NCBI GenBank assembly: GCA_025603075.1
Contig: MU626288.1
Span: 1-64,000 of the forward strand
Origin: Neoconidiobolus thromboides FSU 785
Taxonomy: Eukaryota > Fungi > Entomophthoromycota
Length of the DNA stretch: 64,000 bases
Reading direction: 5' to 3'
Shown: positions 49,831-61,789 of the stretch, piece after piece
Layout of the letters: each line of letters starts with the position of its first letter
Numbering within the stretch: position 1 is the first letter of the stretch
Made by a program: the position numbers and the translations under genes
The notes under the pieces: generated by a model
Database searches by the model: none
What the model was told of the DNA's origin: nothing
What the model saw: the letters and a program-made list of their open reading frames with translations, nothing else

Positions 49831-51352
49831 TTAGGGCCAAAAATTTAAAGTTCCGTTATTAGGAGTATGTGGAATACCTAAAATCCTTTCAAACAAGTTA
49901 AATAATTCAATATTGCGAAATGGCTCTAACTCCTTTTTAAACTGTTTAAAGTAAGGACCAAAACCTATGAAAATTGAATGCATATCAATATCATTTTCAT
50001 TAAATCCATGAATCCCAGACATATGCCGTGGAGTCGAAAGATGTTTAACAGCTTTTTTAATACTAAAATAATATCCCTAAAACAATAAATAAATCAATAA
50101 AACAGAAAAGTATTTACCCGTTTAGGTATTAAAATTAACTCTGATATCCGTGAGTTATCTGATGGAAACAGTTGCTTTCTTTTAAATACTTTCACCAAAT
50201 CACTGAGTCTTTCTTCTTCTTTTTTTAATTGTTCATATATTACATCTATTGTTGTTTCATTAAACAAACTCAATCCAGCATATGGATACATGTGTATACT
50301 TTTAACTGTGTTGAGATCAATTACATCATCCAGATAAATAACATTTTTCCTTTCAATTTTACTCATCCCATGGTCACTCACGATAATAATGTTAACTTCA
50401 TCTAGCATGTTCTTTTTCTTAAGTCCATTAAATAAGCTCCCAATTGCTTTATCTACTTTTTTAATAGTTTTATCCAAAACAAAAGAATTAGATCCTAAAA
50501 GATGACCCACTGTATCTACTTCTGGAAAATAGCTTAATATTAGCCTTGGACGCAACTCTATTGGATTATCTAGTTTATCCAATATATTATTTATCTTACG
50601 ATTAGGCAGTATCAGTTTGTTATAAAGCTCCAAATAATCCGGTGAGCTATCCTCATATTTTATATCCGAGCCTGGCCACATTTGTACCATTGTTTTTATC
50701 CCATTTTTTTTAGCTGCCTTCCAAATCTATTGAAATATAACTAAAAGAATAGATTTATCAAATTAAAGTTACTGGTGTCCCTTTCCAAAACTCAGGATCT
50801 CTGATCGAGTCTTTGATACGTGTAGTAAATGTCTTTTTCAAGTCTGGGGCATAAAAGTCGTTGCCAACTATACCATGGTATTCTGGAAACAGTCCAGTTA
50901 CCATACTAAAGTGGTTAGGAAATGTTACAACCTAAAATTTAATATTATGAATAAACAAAGCATAAAAATTTTTTACTGGAAAGCAAGGGATCATATGTTT
51001 TGCTCTTATGCCTATATTGACTAACAAAATAAGTAATAGCATTTTAAAGACGGTAAAGCTAGCTTACTTAATTGGTTTAAGTTCGGAGTTATGTTTCGCT
51101 CCAAGTATTCATTGCGAAATCCGTCTAGAGATAAAAGTACAACCGTTTGGTTGTCTTTTTTAACTAGCGCTTCTTTTTCAACTGTAACTGTGACATCATT
51201 CTTAGAACTATATCCTTGTATCAGAAATATAAAAAAGAAAGATATTAGTAGCGTAAACAATAAGCAGAGTAATGGTATCTTTCTCTATAAAAATTAAATT
51301 TATAATTTAATATGATTTTATTTTAATGTAATTACACTTTAATTACTCTCAT
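49831..51352 (-). CDS. NPP1: Type I phosphodiesterase / nucleotide pyrophosphatase (NPP1/ENPP-like; multi-exon)
   Basis: N-terminal hydrophobic anchor, LLSLDGFR, catalytic-Thr motif [38 protein letters not shown] and HGF...MHSIFIGFGP. Confidence 0.9.
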
Positions 51353-52150
51353 TTTTTGTTAGTTAGCTGGCTACAATTGAAAGACATTTCACTTGTGTGA
51401 CTTTTAAAACTTTTATATTTCCAAGTGAACTGAAATCTACGTCTACTTCATTGAGTTTAATTGATTTTAACTTCACAATTTTTGCAAAAGCAAGCTTTTA
51501 CTTTTATTTATTTGCAAAACTCACCCACTATTTAAATTCACCTTAAGATAAAGTATAATCATTTAGCATTGCGATATGTCACCAACGAATTATATTAAAT
51601 CATGGAATAAACATAATTTTAGAATACTAATCACTACTTATCCATTGAATACCTCCGTTAATGCATTGGGAACAATCAATTTATATCCTTTTCTTAATTG
51701 GGAATTTACAATTTTATTTTTTAATCAACACTTTAGTAAAATTATACCGGTTAACGCTTATATTACATATAACTAGAATAACGAATAAGCTATCAAAAAA
51801 GTAACGGTAAAGTATCTGTAAATTGTTTATAGACCCTATTGTACAATAGGTTCTATTAAGTCTATCTTTGTTAAGCTTGAATAGTTTAATTTAGTTGATC
51901 TTATTAAATATAAAATGAGTAAACAAATTAAGTAAATAACATCTGCAATTACCCTTTAAAACCTATTATTAACCTTATAAATCTTATTAGCATATAGTAC
52001 TATTTTAAGTTAATAATATTATAGAGGAAAAATTCGGAAATTCAAAATTATTTATTATAATAAGGGATCAAGTTAAACCTTGGAGAATATCAATGTATCA
52101 AACACAGAAAATTAGCTAAAAAATTGAAAATTGTTAAAAAAATGAGTAAA

Positions 52151-53911
52151 TTATGTAAGAACAAGAACTGGAATTCCTATTGCTTTAAGTGTTATATCAA
52201 TAAGCGCAAGGCTTGTTTCCACCGACGTTTTAAACAATGGAATAGTTCGAAGGAAATAAAAAAGCTCAAGCCCTTCGTATATAAGCTTATCACATTCTTT
52301 AAGAAATTGGTAGTGACAGGCCAAAAATCGAATACAATTATAAACTGAAAATATACGATTATTGGAGTAAGGGAAAGGGCCTAGGCGTTGATTGTATTGA
52401 AATAGACGGGCAATACATTTTATACATGCCCTTATATCCTGTAAATCATCTACTTTAGAAACACTTCTCTTTAATTCATACAATGAAACATAAACAGAAT
52501 TACTTAATAATCCCACCGAATTTAAAATAACGTCTATCAAAGGTGTAAATTTTACATAGACATGACTCTTTTTAAGTTTATGTAAACGGTAGAAAGCTTT
52601 AAAGGTATACTCTTTAAGAACATCAAAATAAACTTGGATTTCTTTACAAAAATTCTGAGAAAAATGCTTCTTTTCCTCAATCTGCTTAAATAACTGGAAG
52701 ATGATATATAAATTTTTGGCCAAGTTATATCTAAACTCCCCCATAATCATCAATAGCTCATATTCTAATTTTTTATATACATCATGTTTATAATTTAAGC
52801 TTTTAGTCCATATATTAGAGTGATTGAAACAGCCACTGGAGCGTGGGTTACTATTAGTATCAAAATATAGAGCTGCTGAATAGGCTAGCTGTTTTTCTAG
52901 CTGTATATGAAATGGAAGTTTTCTACTTGGCTGAACGTGTAATCCAATAGCATGGCAAATCTTAATAATATCAAACAATAAATGGTTTGGAGGAGAATAA
53001 GGATGTCCACGAAGCCCGTTGGCTAAGATTAATAGTGTTTGAACCCATATTAAATTTGGATTCTTTATTAATTTGGTTATAATCCCGATTAATACTTCTT
53101 TCAATTGTTTTCCTAATGCCTTGACTTCTTCATTCTCTTCTATTAATGTTAGCCCAACTAATATTACAGCAGCTTTTACCAAAATGGATCGAGGTTTATT
53201 GCAAAAGTCGTCCATAGAAAATAATGGGAATACAATATTAACGTATTTAAAATAAGCAAATGTTGCTTTCCTTGTAATCGAATGATTAAGTATAAAACGA
53301 TTCATTGATGGTATTGATACTTCTAAGCTATTTGATGTTGGTAAGTTCATAGATCTTAAAAAGAAGAATATACCAGCTATTGGATCAATTTCATACATCC
53401 TACTTAGCTTTTCCTGACTTTTCAATATAACTAAGAAGGAGTAAATAGGGAACCTGCTAACTGTCATAGAGGCTATATCGAATTTGGGCATTTTTAATTT
53501 AAAGATAGGAGCTCTTAAAACGCTGCTATTGATCTCTTTTGAAATGAGTTGGGATAAATTTTCTTTAAACATCTCTTCTTCGACTTCTACTTTCACTTCC
53601 TTAGATATAAGCTGAGATAGGTTTTCTTTAATTATTTTACCTTCCATCTCTTTTTTCGCTCTTTCTTTTTTCTTACTATGCCTAGTTAATATCAAAGAGT
53701 TGAATATACAACTATAAAATTTATCATCTTGCTGCATAAAATGTTTTCGCTGTAATTTTCTTTCTCTTTTACACTCTAAACCTTTTGCAACACACAAAGA
53801 ACATTTTGGTAATTTTCTATCGCATCTCCTTTTAAATGTATGACAATTATCACATACTTGCATTCCCCCATTTGACTGATGTGTTAAAGATAAATTGAGA
53901 TTTGATTTCAT
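52151..53911 (-). CDS. Zn(II)2Cys6 fungal transcription factor with middle homology region, intronless, 586 aa
   Basis: CDNCHTFKRRCDRKLPKCSLCVAKGLEC binuclear cluster, and MHR-like YFKYVNIVFPLF...WVQTLLILA...CHAIGLH. Confidence 0.9.
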   Translation of the reverse strand: MKSNLNLSLTHQSNGGMQVCDNCHTFKRRCDRKLPKCSLCVAKGLECKRERKLQRKHFMQQDDKFYSCIFNSLILTRHSKKKERAKKEMEGKIIKENLSQLISKEVKVEVEEEMFKENLSQLISKEINSSVLRAPIFKLKMPKFDIASMTVSRFPIYSFLVILKSQEKLSRMYEIDPIAGIFFFLRSMNLPTSNSLEVSIPSMNRFILNHSITRKATFAYFKYVNIVFPLFSMDDFCNKPRSILVKAAVILVGLTLIEENEEVKALGKQLKEVLIGIITKLIKNPNLIWVQTLLILANGLRGHPYSPPNHLLFDIIKICHAIGLHVQPSRKLPFHIQLEKQLAYSAALYFDTNSNPRSSGCFNHSNIWTKSLNYKHDVYKKLEYELLMIMGEFRYNLAKNLYIIFQLFKQIEEKKHFSQNFCKEIQVYFDVLKEYTFKAFYRLHKLKKSHVYVKFTPLIDVILNSVGLLSNSVYVSLYELKRSVSKVDDLQDIRACIKCIARLFQYNQRLGPFPYSNNRIFSVYNCIRFLACHYQFLKECDKLIYEGLELFYFLRTIPLFKTSVETSLALIDITLKAIGIPVLVLT

Positions 53912-54709
53912 AAGAATAAAAAAGTAAAAATTTATAATGTCTAAAATCTGGTATATATGAATTTTCGGGTTACTACCGGATTTGCAGTGTTAAAACCTAT
54001 TGGAGGGTGATTCAGATAATGCTTTTATTTTATTGGACTATTTAAATGGTAAGTTTATTTTTAACCTTTTTCTGTATTAATAGGATAAATACTGGCTTAT
54101 TCTGATTAGATGTGTGATTAAGTATTGTTTTCTAATGTCACATTATATTGATTACCTTCGTTAAATACAATGAATACAATTTAACCAATTAAAACAAGAA
54201 GGGACTTAGTTTATCTTAACTATAATGATATCCTTCATAAAAGACTTTTTGTGTTTAGTTGCTATATAAAAGTCCTTAAAAGTATGTTAAAGAGCTACTT
54301 AATGATTCCATTTTTGATCATTTGTGTAATGTTAAGTTTGTCAAATACATTTCATTTGAATAATTTATGCTATTAACTTTATTCGATAACTCTGATTATA
54401 AGTGAATTAATTGAAAAATCTAGATTAATTAATTTTAAAAATCAAAAATTAAAAATTATTATCAACCAATATATATCATACATTGTATAATTAATTGTAT
54501 AATAGCATCAATCTATTCAAAGTAATCTTTGATTAACTATTATTTTATATTTATTAAACATATTATAGCAGATTATTTAATTCTAATCATAATTAGTAAA
54601 ATTAATCTTTTTCATCATCATTTATCTTTAAAAGCATAATATTAGTTATTTTAAGTAATTTTAACAAGTGTTCAACCATTTTTATTTTAGAAGTCACTAA
54701 ATGAAATTT

Positions 54710-54800
54710 ATGTTATACTTTTTAGTTTCATCACTTTTTCCATTTTTAAGTGCTATTGAGCGGAAAAAGTGTTATTGAACTTAAAGAAGATAACATATAC
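54710..54800 (+). repeat. Dispersed fold-back repeat, copy G (partial/degenerate)
   Basis: Core TTTCATCACTTTTTCCATTTTTAAGTGCTATTGAGCGGAAAAAG is retained, while the ends are eroded. Confidence 0.7.
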
Positions 54801-55106
54801 TATATGAATTGATTGTAAAAGTGTACCTTATTTTTGAAAAAATAAACTTTAGTAATATAATGTTTTTTGCTGCGCTATTTAGACAACAAATTTAATGACT
54901 CTTTCAAGTTAAATATATTGATAATAATTAATAATGTTGTTGTTCGATTCATATATTAAAATTATATATAAAAAGAGTCATAATTTATCTTAAAATCTAT
55001 CAAAAATAGTATTATATACAAGTTATAAATAAATCTTAACACAAGATTAGTGAAAAACTGTATATTATAAACTCAATGATATGCAAATTAATATTTAGTT
55101 AATAGC

Positions 55107-55209
55107 ATATGGAAGTGTTTTTTTTTCATTATTTTTTCCACTTTTTAAGCGCTATTTAAGTAGAAAGATTATTAATAAAATTCTTAAATACAAAAATACA
55201 TCCCCATAT
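55107..55209 (+). repeat. Dispersed fold-back repeat, copy H
   Basis: ATATGGAAGTGTTTTTTTTCATTATTTTTTCCACTTTTTAAGCGCTATTTAAGTAGAAAGATTATTAATAAAATTCTTAAATACAAAAATACATCCCCATAT. Confidence 0.9.
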
Positions 55210-56297
55210 TCAAAATTTCGATTTTACAATTACCTTAATTTCCAATATTATTAGTATAGAAGGATGTCTACTATTTAATTACCAATTATCTTAACAAATT
55301 TATATGCCAATAAATTAAATACTGTGATTATTAAGCTAATTATAATATCAAAAAAATATCATTATTAATATAATAATATTTTCATATTTAGATTGTCTAA
55401 AGCTATCAAATAAATCCAAATAGCAAAACGTATTAATGCTATTCTTCTTATAGCTTTTTTTTCAACTTTGTACACGTCTTATTTTCCAAGATAGATAAAT
55501 AATTTTAGCTCATGCTACCCCCTGTACCATATGAGTAGCTTATTACACATTTCACAACTTTTTTTATAAAAGAACGACCTCAATGTTTCTATAGATATAT
55601 AACTAATATAATAAAATGAATTTTTGGCTAGAAAAACTCAGTTACACTTTCTATCGCATTAGATATCCGTATTCTCAATGTCAATCTTTCGAACCTAGAT
55701 TAGAGTCCTTAGATACCCCCTTGTTTATACTTCAAAACTTCCACTCTAACTCATTTTTACTTTTTATATATTCTGTGGTTCTTTAGAATTTTACTACCCT
55801 AAATGAGCTTATATTATTGTAGTGACATGTAATCCGAAAAAAAGACAAAAAGGTTGTTTTAATTATATTCCATTTAAGCTATTCATTTTTTATTGTGAGT
55901 AACCACTTATTGTTTATATATATATTAATTGTTTGACTTATACTTTTAAGAATGTTCTTAAATTGTTTTTACATATAAAAAAGTACCCATACTATCCTTA
56001 TTTTGAAATTAAAAGTTATAATGTTTATATAAAATAAAGTGTACTTTATTTAGTTAAATTAAAATTTTTTTAAACATTGAGTCGCCTCAACCCATGATAA
56101 AGTTATATAAATATCTAAGCAAGCCAAGCCAACTTTGAATAATATTCAATAGGATGAAATGCAAATATTTACAAAGAAACTAAGAGATTTTGTATTTTTG
56201 CGTAAACAAATCTATAAAAAACAAAGAAACTGTATAATTTACTAAAAATAATTTCAGTAATTCTTTTTTATTTATTTGAACTTAAAGGATTTTAGAA

Positions 56298-59000
56298 ATG
56301 GGCTATGGAAATAAGTCATTCTCAAGTGTAGTAACACGTAGGGAAGGTGAAGAGTTAGCTGAATCACCTGCAAGTAAAACAAGCAAGCTTTACAACAACA
56401 GTAGTTCAAAGTTTAGCGACCATGATATCTCTCTTGCCGTTTCAAATACTGATGATAGATATGAAAAAAACAATCGATTACTCCATGATACATCACAAGA
56501 ACTATCATTTGTATTGTCAAATAATGATGATGAAAATGAGAAGCGTAATAGAAGGAAGCAGGCCTTAGAATTTAAAAAAGAAAAAAATAAAAGGCCTATA
56601 CTGTTACCTCAAGCGCATAAAAATAAACAAAACGAGGTTAATTCTGCCAACGAAGCCCCTCTCCCGGTGTTTACTAACTTATCCCCGGAAGAAATCAACA
56701 AAAGATATGAGCAGTGGATGAAAATAGCTGCAGATAATGTATCCTTTACTGAAATTGAAATGATAAAATATTAAAACGTTATTAGAAAATTAATACTACG
56801 AATACGTGGAACTTTGAGCTTATTGATTATTTCTCGAAAATCAACTATTTCAAGGATGGTAATTCAATTAATTTTCAAAAGGCTTCCTGTACTCTTGATG
56901 GCTGCGTAAAAATCTATACATCTCGTGTTGACTCTGTTGCTTCTGAAACTGGGATACTTTTAAATGGATTGGCTGAAAGCACTGGTATGCCGGTTATGTT
57001 TACATATGTTAAAATCACTCATCAATTTTAGCTAAACGTATTAAACAAATTGAGCAAGAACTCGAAGGTGGTAATGAAACAGGGAAAAAAAAAGTAAATT
57101 ATTTTAAAAAATATTTAACATATCTGAATTTCAAAGACTGCGAAATCAGAGCAGACTTTAGTAAAAGACTTTTCTTCAATTAATGTTAAAAGCTTCGACT
57201 CAGAATTTAGTGTTGATCCTCTATTTAGAAAAACTTGTGCCGATTTTGATGAAGGTGGCGCAAGAGGCCTCTTATTAAATCATTTAAGTATCCAAGGAGA
57301 TGGAAGACTTATATTTGATGCTAGTGATTGTTTAACTGAAGGCCCAGAACTTAAAGTAGAAATTTTACAACCTTCTAATGAAAAAAAGCTACTTTGTTTA
57401 AGTGGTCTTTTTGGTATTTGAGATATAATTAAATGGATTAAAACTAATATAGGTTTAGGCCAAGAATTCGATGATGAAAACTTAGTGTCAAAAGATATTT
57501 GCCCAGATCTAAAAAACTTCGATTATAACTCCCATACTGCTCTTGAGCTGCCCAATTATGATGACTATCCTGAAAACTCTGACGGTGAGATTGAAAATGA
57601 AGAACAAGATAGCTTTTTTATGGAACAAAATGAACTTTTTCACGATATAACTATGATGACTTTTGCTAAGCAAAATGGTGCTTTTGACGAAGAAGAGCTG
57701 GTTACAGATGATAAAATTAAGGAAGAAAATCAAGAAGAGGAAATTGAAAAGCCAGGGATTACACTTCTTGCCGAATCAGATAATATATATTCTTATTTTG
57801 ATCAGCGTGTTATGAAAAATTGGGCAGGTCCAGAGCACTGGAGATTAAAAAGAGAAGCAAAAAGTAAGCTAGAATTTATCATAAAGCCATTGTAATTGAC
57901 TTCATTAGCCAATAAAGAGCCAATCACTCAAGAGAAGAAGCCCAAGACTGAAAAAGTAGAATTTGAGTTTAATTTCCAAGAGCATGTAGACCCAATTAAC
58001 ATTGATGATTTTTTCGATTCTGGAAAAGGTTCAACCCTCTCTCGGAAACTTTATGATAAAAATTCAGGATTAAACACTCTACCTGAAGATCTGCAGCTCA
58101 ATTCTAAAACATTTTTTAGTTTGTTCACAAAGCCTACTTTTACGGTAACTATTTTATTTTACTTTATTTTGTTCTGATTTATTTTAGCTGAAACCTAAGA
58201 AACTAATTGACAACAAGAGTTCAGGAAACGAGTCTTATATTGGTTGGTTATTTTTTAAGTAAAGTTAATTTTATTAAATATATATAGTTATACCTGAAGA
58301 TAACGGAAATCATATAAATATTGATGGTTATGAAGATCATAGTACCCCTGGTCCTATGATGGATTTTGGTTCAGAGCATCCAACTGAAATCGAAGGTATT
58401 AATATAATAAGTTTACAAATGATAGATAGTAAAGTTTAAAGATCACAATATTCTGGATGGATTACAAGGAAGGGATGACTCCTTTGCTAGTTTAAATGAA
58501 GAATTACGAGATGAAGCAAATTTAAATATTGGTGCTCAAACTTTACCAGAGTTAAAGCGTATACAAGCTTTAAAAATTGATTACGCCAGAACTGCAAAAA
58601 GAGTGGATGTTAAGCTGCTTAAAGATAATATTTGGAAGATTATTGTAAGATGTAGTTTTTTAATTTAGATTTGCCTAATACTTTATAGAATGATGAAGGT
58701 CCAATTGATACCAAGGGTATTTTGGATAAAATTAATGAGGACAAAGATGAAATCTTAGATACTATATCTAAGCCTATAAACAGTTTAGCATTCTCCAAAG
58801 TTGTTAAAGATCTACCCTTAGCATATCCAAAAAAGAAGGCTAAAGATTTATCTGTCCCATTTTGTTTTATATGTCTTCTTCATTTAGCTAATGAGCATAA
58901 TTTGGAAATTGAAGCAGATTCTGATATGAAAGAGCTTATTATTAAAAAAGAGGAGGTAAAGGAGGAGGAAGAAGAAGGGGAAGAAGAGTACATGGAATAA
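56298..59000 (+). CDS. BRN1: Condensin I kleisin subunit Barren/Cnd2/CAP-H (multi-exon)
   Basis: YEQWMKIAADNKINTTNTWNFELIDYF, NFQKASCTLDGCVKIYTSRVDSVASET, VDPLFRKTCADFDEGGARGLLLN, NWAGPEHW, DLSVPFCFICLLHLANEHNL. Confidence 0.96.
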
Positions 59001-59094
59001 ACTTTAACCTTATTAAATTAAATTTTGAGCTTGTATAAATTATTTTAGAATTACTAGATAGACCAAAGTTTGAATTTATAACTTAGATGTTTAT

Positions 59095-59197
59095 ATATGG
59101 ATATTTTTTTATCTTCATTACTTTTTCCATTTTTAAGCACTATTTGAGTGGAAAGATTGTTAGCAAAATTCTTAAACGAAAAAATACATCCCTATAT
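59095..59197 (+). repeat. Dispersed fold-back repeat, copy I
   Basis: ATATGGATATTTTTTTATCTTCATTACTTTTTCCATTTTTAAGCACTATTTGAGTGGAAAGATTGTTAGCAAAATTCTTAAACGAAAAAATACATCCCTATAT. Confidence 0.9.
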
Positions 59198-59688
59198 TGC
59201 TCTTTAATTTTTAAAATTGCTTTAAAATTTTAGCTATTTAAATCTAATATAAAAATCAAATCAAGTCATCTAATGTTCAGTACTTGATCCTAGATTGATT
59301 TTGTACACTGTAAAATATGATAAATGTCAGTTTGCTTAGCTTTAACTTAAAGTTAATTAAATCAGAATATTGAATATAAGATGCGAAGTCTTTTATTATT
59401 TTAATAAAATATCAAGTATTTATAATAACTTAATATTAAATAAAATTTTAACCTTAAAAATAGTAATAAAAAATTAATGGCATTTTTGGATTTGGAATTT
59501 AAAAACTATTTCTATTTAAATAAGAGTAATGGAACTAAAGATTTATAAGGTAGGTATAATTGAAGCAAAATACTGTCTGTATGTAACATAGAAATATTTA
59601 AAGTTTTTTATTACATCATTGAAGCCCATTATTAATTTAAATTGTAAAGTTTAAATTGAACAAATATAAATAAATTAAAAGGTTGATT

Positions 59689-60819
59689 TTAATTTTCAAT
59701 TGTCAAGCTAAATCCAAACTTGTGAGCATCTTCAGAGAGCTTAGAGGTGTTAACTGAAGTCCCAACAATAGCTTTTACACCGGGTCTAAGGATGTGAGTA
59801 AGAGAAAGTCCAAGTTGACCAGCAGTATCAATTTTAGCCTAAATAGAGATATAAATTAATGGTATTACTAACATTTAAAAAAACCTACTTTGATTGCTGT
59901 GCTTTTATCAACAATATGTTTAGCACCAACTTCAATACCTACTGGTTTTTCTGATTGTACATTGTAGTGGACACGAGCACCAGCTTCAGTAGTTAAGCTG
60001 GTACGATGGAGGAAGCCAACAGTGAATTCATTTAATGTCTTATTACTAAAGAAAGCATTAGTAAAAATCCAGCTTAAATTATATAATATACCTTTGTATA
60101 GTGACAGCGTATTCTGGAGTAGCATAACCTACGGTAGCATTGTATTTGGATACAAAACCAGTCTTTAAGTTATATCCAGCTTCACCACCAAAGATATATC
60201 CGTTATGACTATAAAAATATTAACAAGTTACATGTTATTGAAAAAATATTACATATATACACCATCAGCGTTAAAGATAGGTCCGTTAAGGAGATCAGCA
60301 AAGAGACGGTTATGGTATTGATGAGTTTTATGAGAAACAGTAACTTGAGAGCTGAGTTCACTGGAAAAAAATGTTATTTTAGACTTTCAAACATTGTTAT
60401 CATAATTACTTAGTAGAAGGTGTTAAACGGTTATTTAATTCAACTTTTAAACCGTCTAAGATTTTGTTGTTAAGCTCTACTTTGAGACCAAGTACATTAG
60501 CAGTGTTTAAGGTATTAGTGATGTTAAGACCTAAATTTTCAGTCAGCTAATTAAATAGTCAATAAATAAACTATACCATTTTTATAATCATTGAATTGCA
60601 TCTTAAGCTCAGAGTTGATGATTCCATATTTAGGGGTTTGGTTTCCATTGACAGTGAAAACCTAATTCTGCTTAAAAATAATTATCAAATATATATAATA
60701 AAACTTACTACTCCATTACTAGCTACAGTTTTAAATTCAAGTTTGGCAGTAGAGATTGGGAAATCCTTGGTAAAGAGGTCGTTGACTCCTTTGGTGATAT
60801 CAGAATAGTGTACGGACAT
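59689..60819 (-). CDS. POR1: Mitochondrial outer-membrane porin (VDAC; multi-exon)
   Basis: MSVHYSDITKGVNDLFTKDFP...KLEFKTVASNGV, IEVGAKHIVDKSTAIKAKIDTAGQLGLSLTHILRPGVKAIVG...HKFGFSLTIEN*. Confidence 0.95.
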
Positions 60820-60888
60820 TTTTATTTCTAAAAGATAGTTTGTATAGAGTGTACTAGATTTCGAGGCTATAAATTATATTTTGCATAA

Positions 60889-60895
60889 CCAATCA
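60889..60895 (+). promoter_or_regulatory. CCAAT box in the VDAC promoter; a second ATTGG and a TGACGTAA (ATF/CRE-like, minus strand) lie nearby
   Basis: CCAATCA about 70 nt upstream of the POR1 ATG. Motif match only. Confidence 0.35.
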
Positions 60896-61698
60896 CATCT
60901 TATTTTATCTTTAATCGACTCACCATATACTTTTCTATCCTCTTTATTGGCTAGTTTCTACCATTTTAGTTTACGTCATGTTTACCTTATTCTTCATATT
61001 GTTTTTTAGTATTTTTTGCAGAAATTTTAAAATGTTAAATTTATTTTGCTTTTAGCAAGATATTCAACTACCTGTTATTTTATCTACAATGTCTAATATC
61101 CTACTCTTTTAGATAGCAACAAAATTTGACTTTCTGTTTCATATTTGTAAAAGTTTTATGTAGTGAATTTTTGATGATATGAATTGTTTAAAACAAAAAT
61201 CCCGGATAAATTATTATTTTTAAAGTTGTTCTTTTAAAAGTTACAATGTATATTAAATTGCATTTTTAGTTTTATTTATATATATTAAAAGTAAATAATA
61301 AAGTGTAACATTTGTTATAGAACTGAAAAAAACCACGTCTATTATACTTATAGTATTTTAGAAGTACTATTCGATCTTAATAAAAAATTTATTTTGAGAA
61401 GTTAATTATTTTAAAATATAGATTGTTGATTTTATGCTGTGAGTTAATTTATATAGATTGGTCGTTTTATAAATTAAATGTTACTAACCAATCAAGATTT
61501 TATTGATTATTCAACAGCACTCCAACTCATGAAACAATTAAATTACATAAACTAATCCCCAATATAAAATTAGCCTCTAGAGTGGTGGTTTTTAGTCAAA
61601 AAGTTTATTATATTTTTTCTATTTAAAAGTACTTAAAAATGGAAAAAATAATGAAACTAAAAAAATCTTATTTTCACTAACAAATAAATAAAATCACA

Positions 61699-61789
61699 AT
61701 ATAGGGAGATGTATTAAGAATTTTATTAATATTTTTTCACTCAAATAGTATTTAAAAAATAGGAAAAATGAAGCTAAAAGCCCCTTTAT
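61699..61789 (-). repeat. Dispersed fold-back repeat, copy J
   Basis: ATATAGGGAGATGTATTAAGAATTTTATTAATATTTTTTCACTCAAATAGTATTTAAAAAATAGGAAAAATGAAGCTAAAAGCCCCTTTAT is the reverse complement of the core with a deletion. Confidence 0.8.

Noticed and set aside
38956-59000. Apparent chromosome-segregation cluster (KASH-like, KAR3, BRN1)
   Set aside because: The genes are separated by unrelated loci, one assignment is tentative, and no shared regulatory signal is visible.
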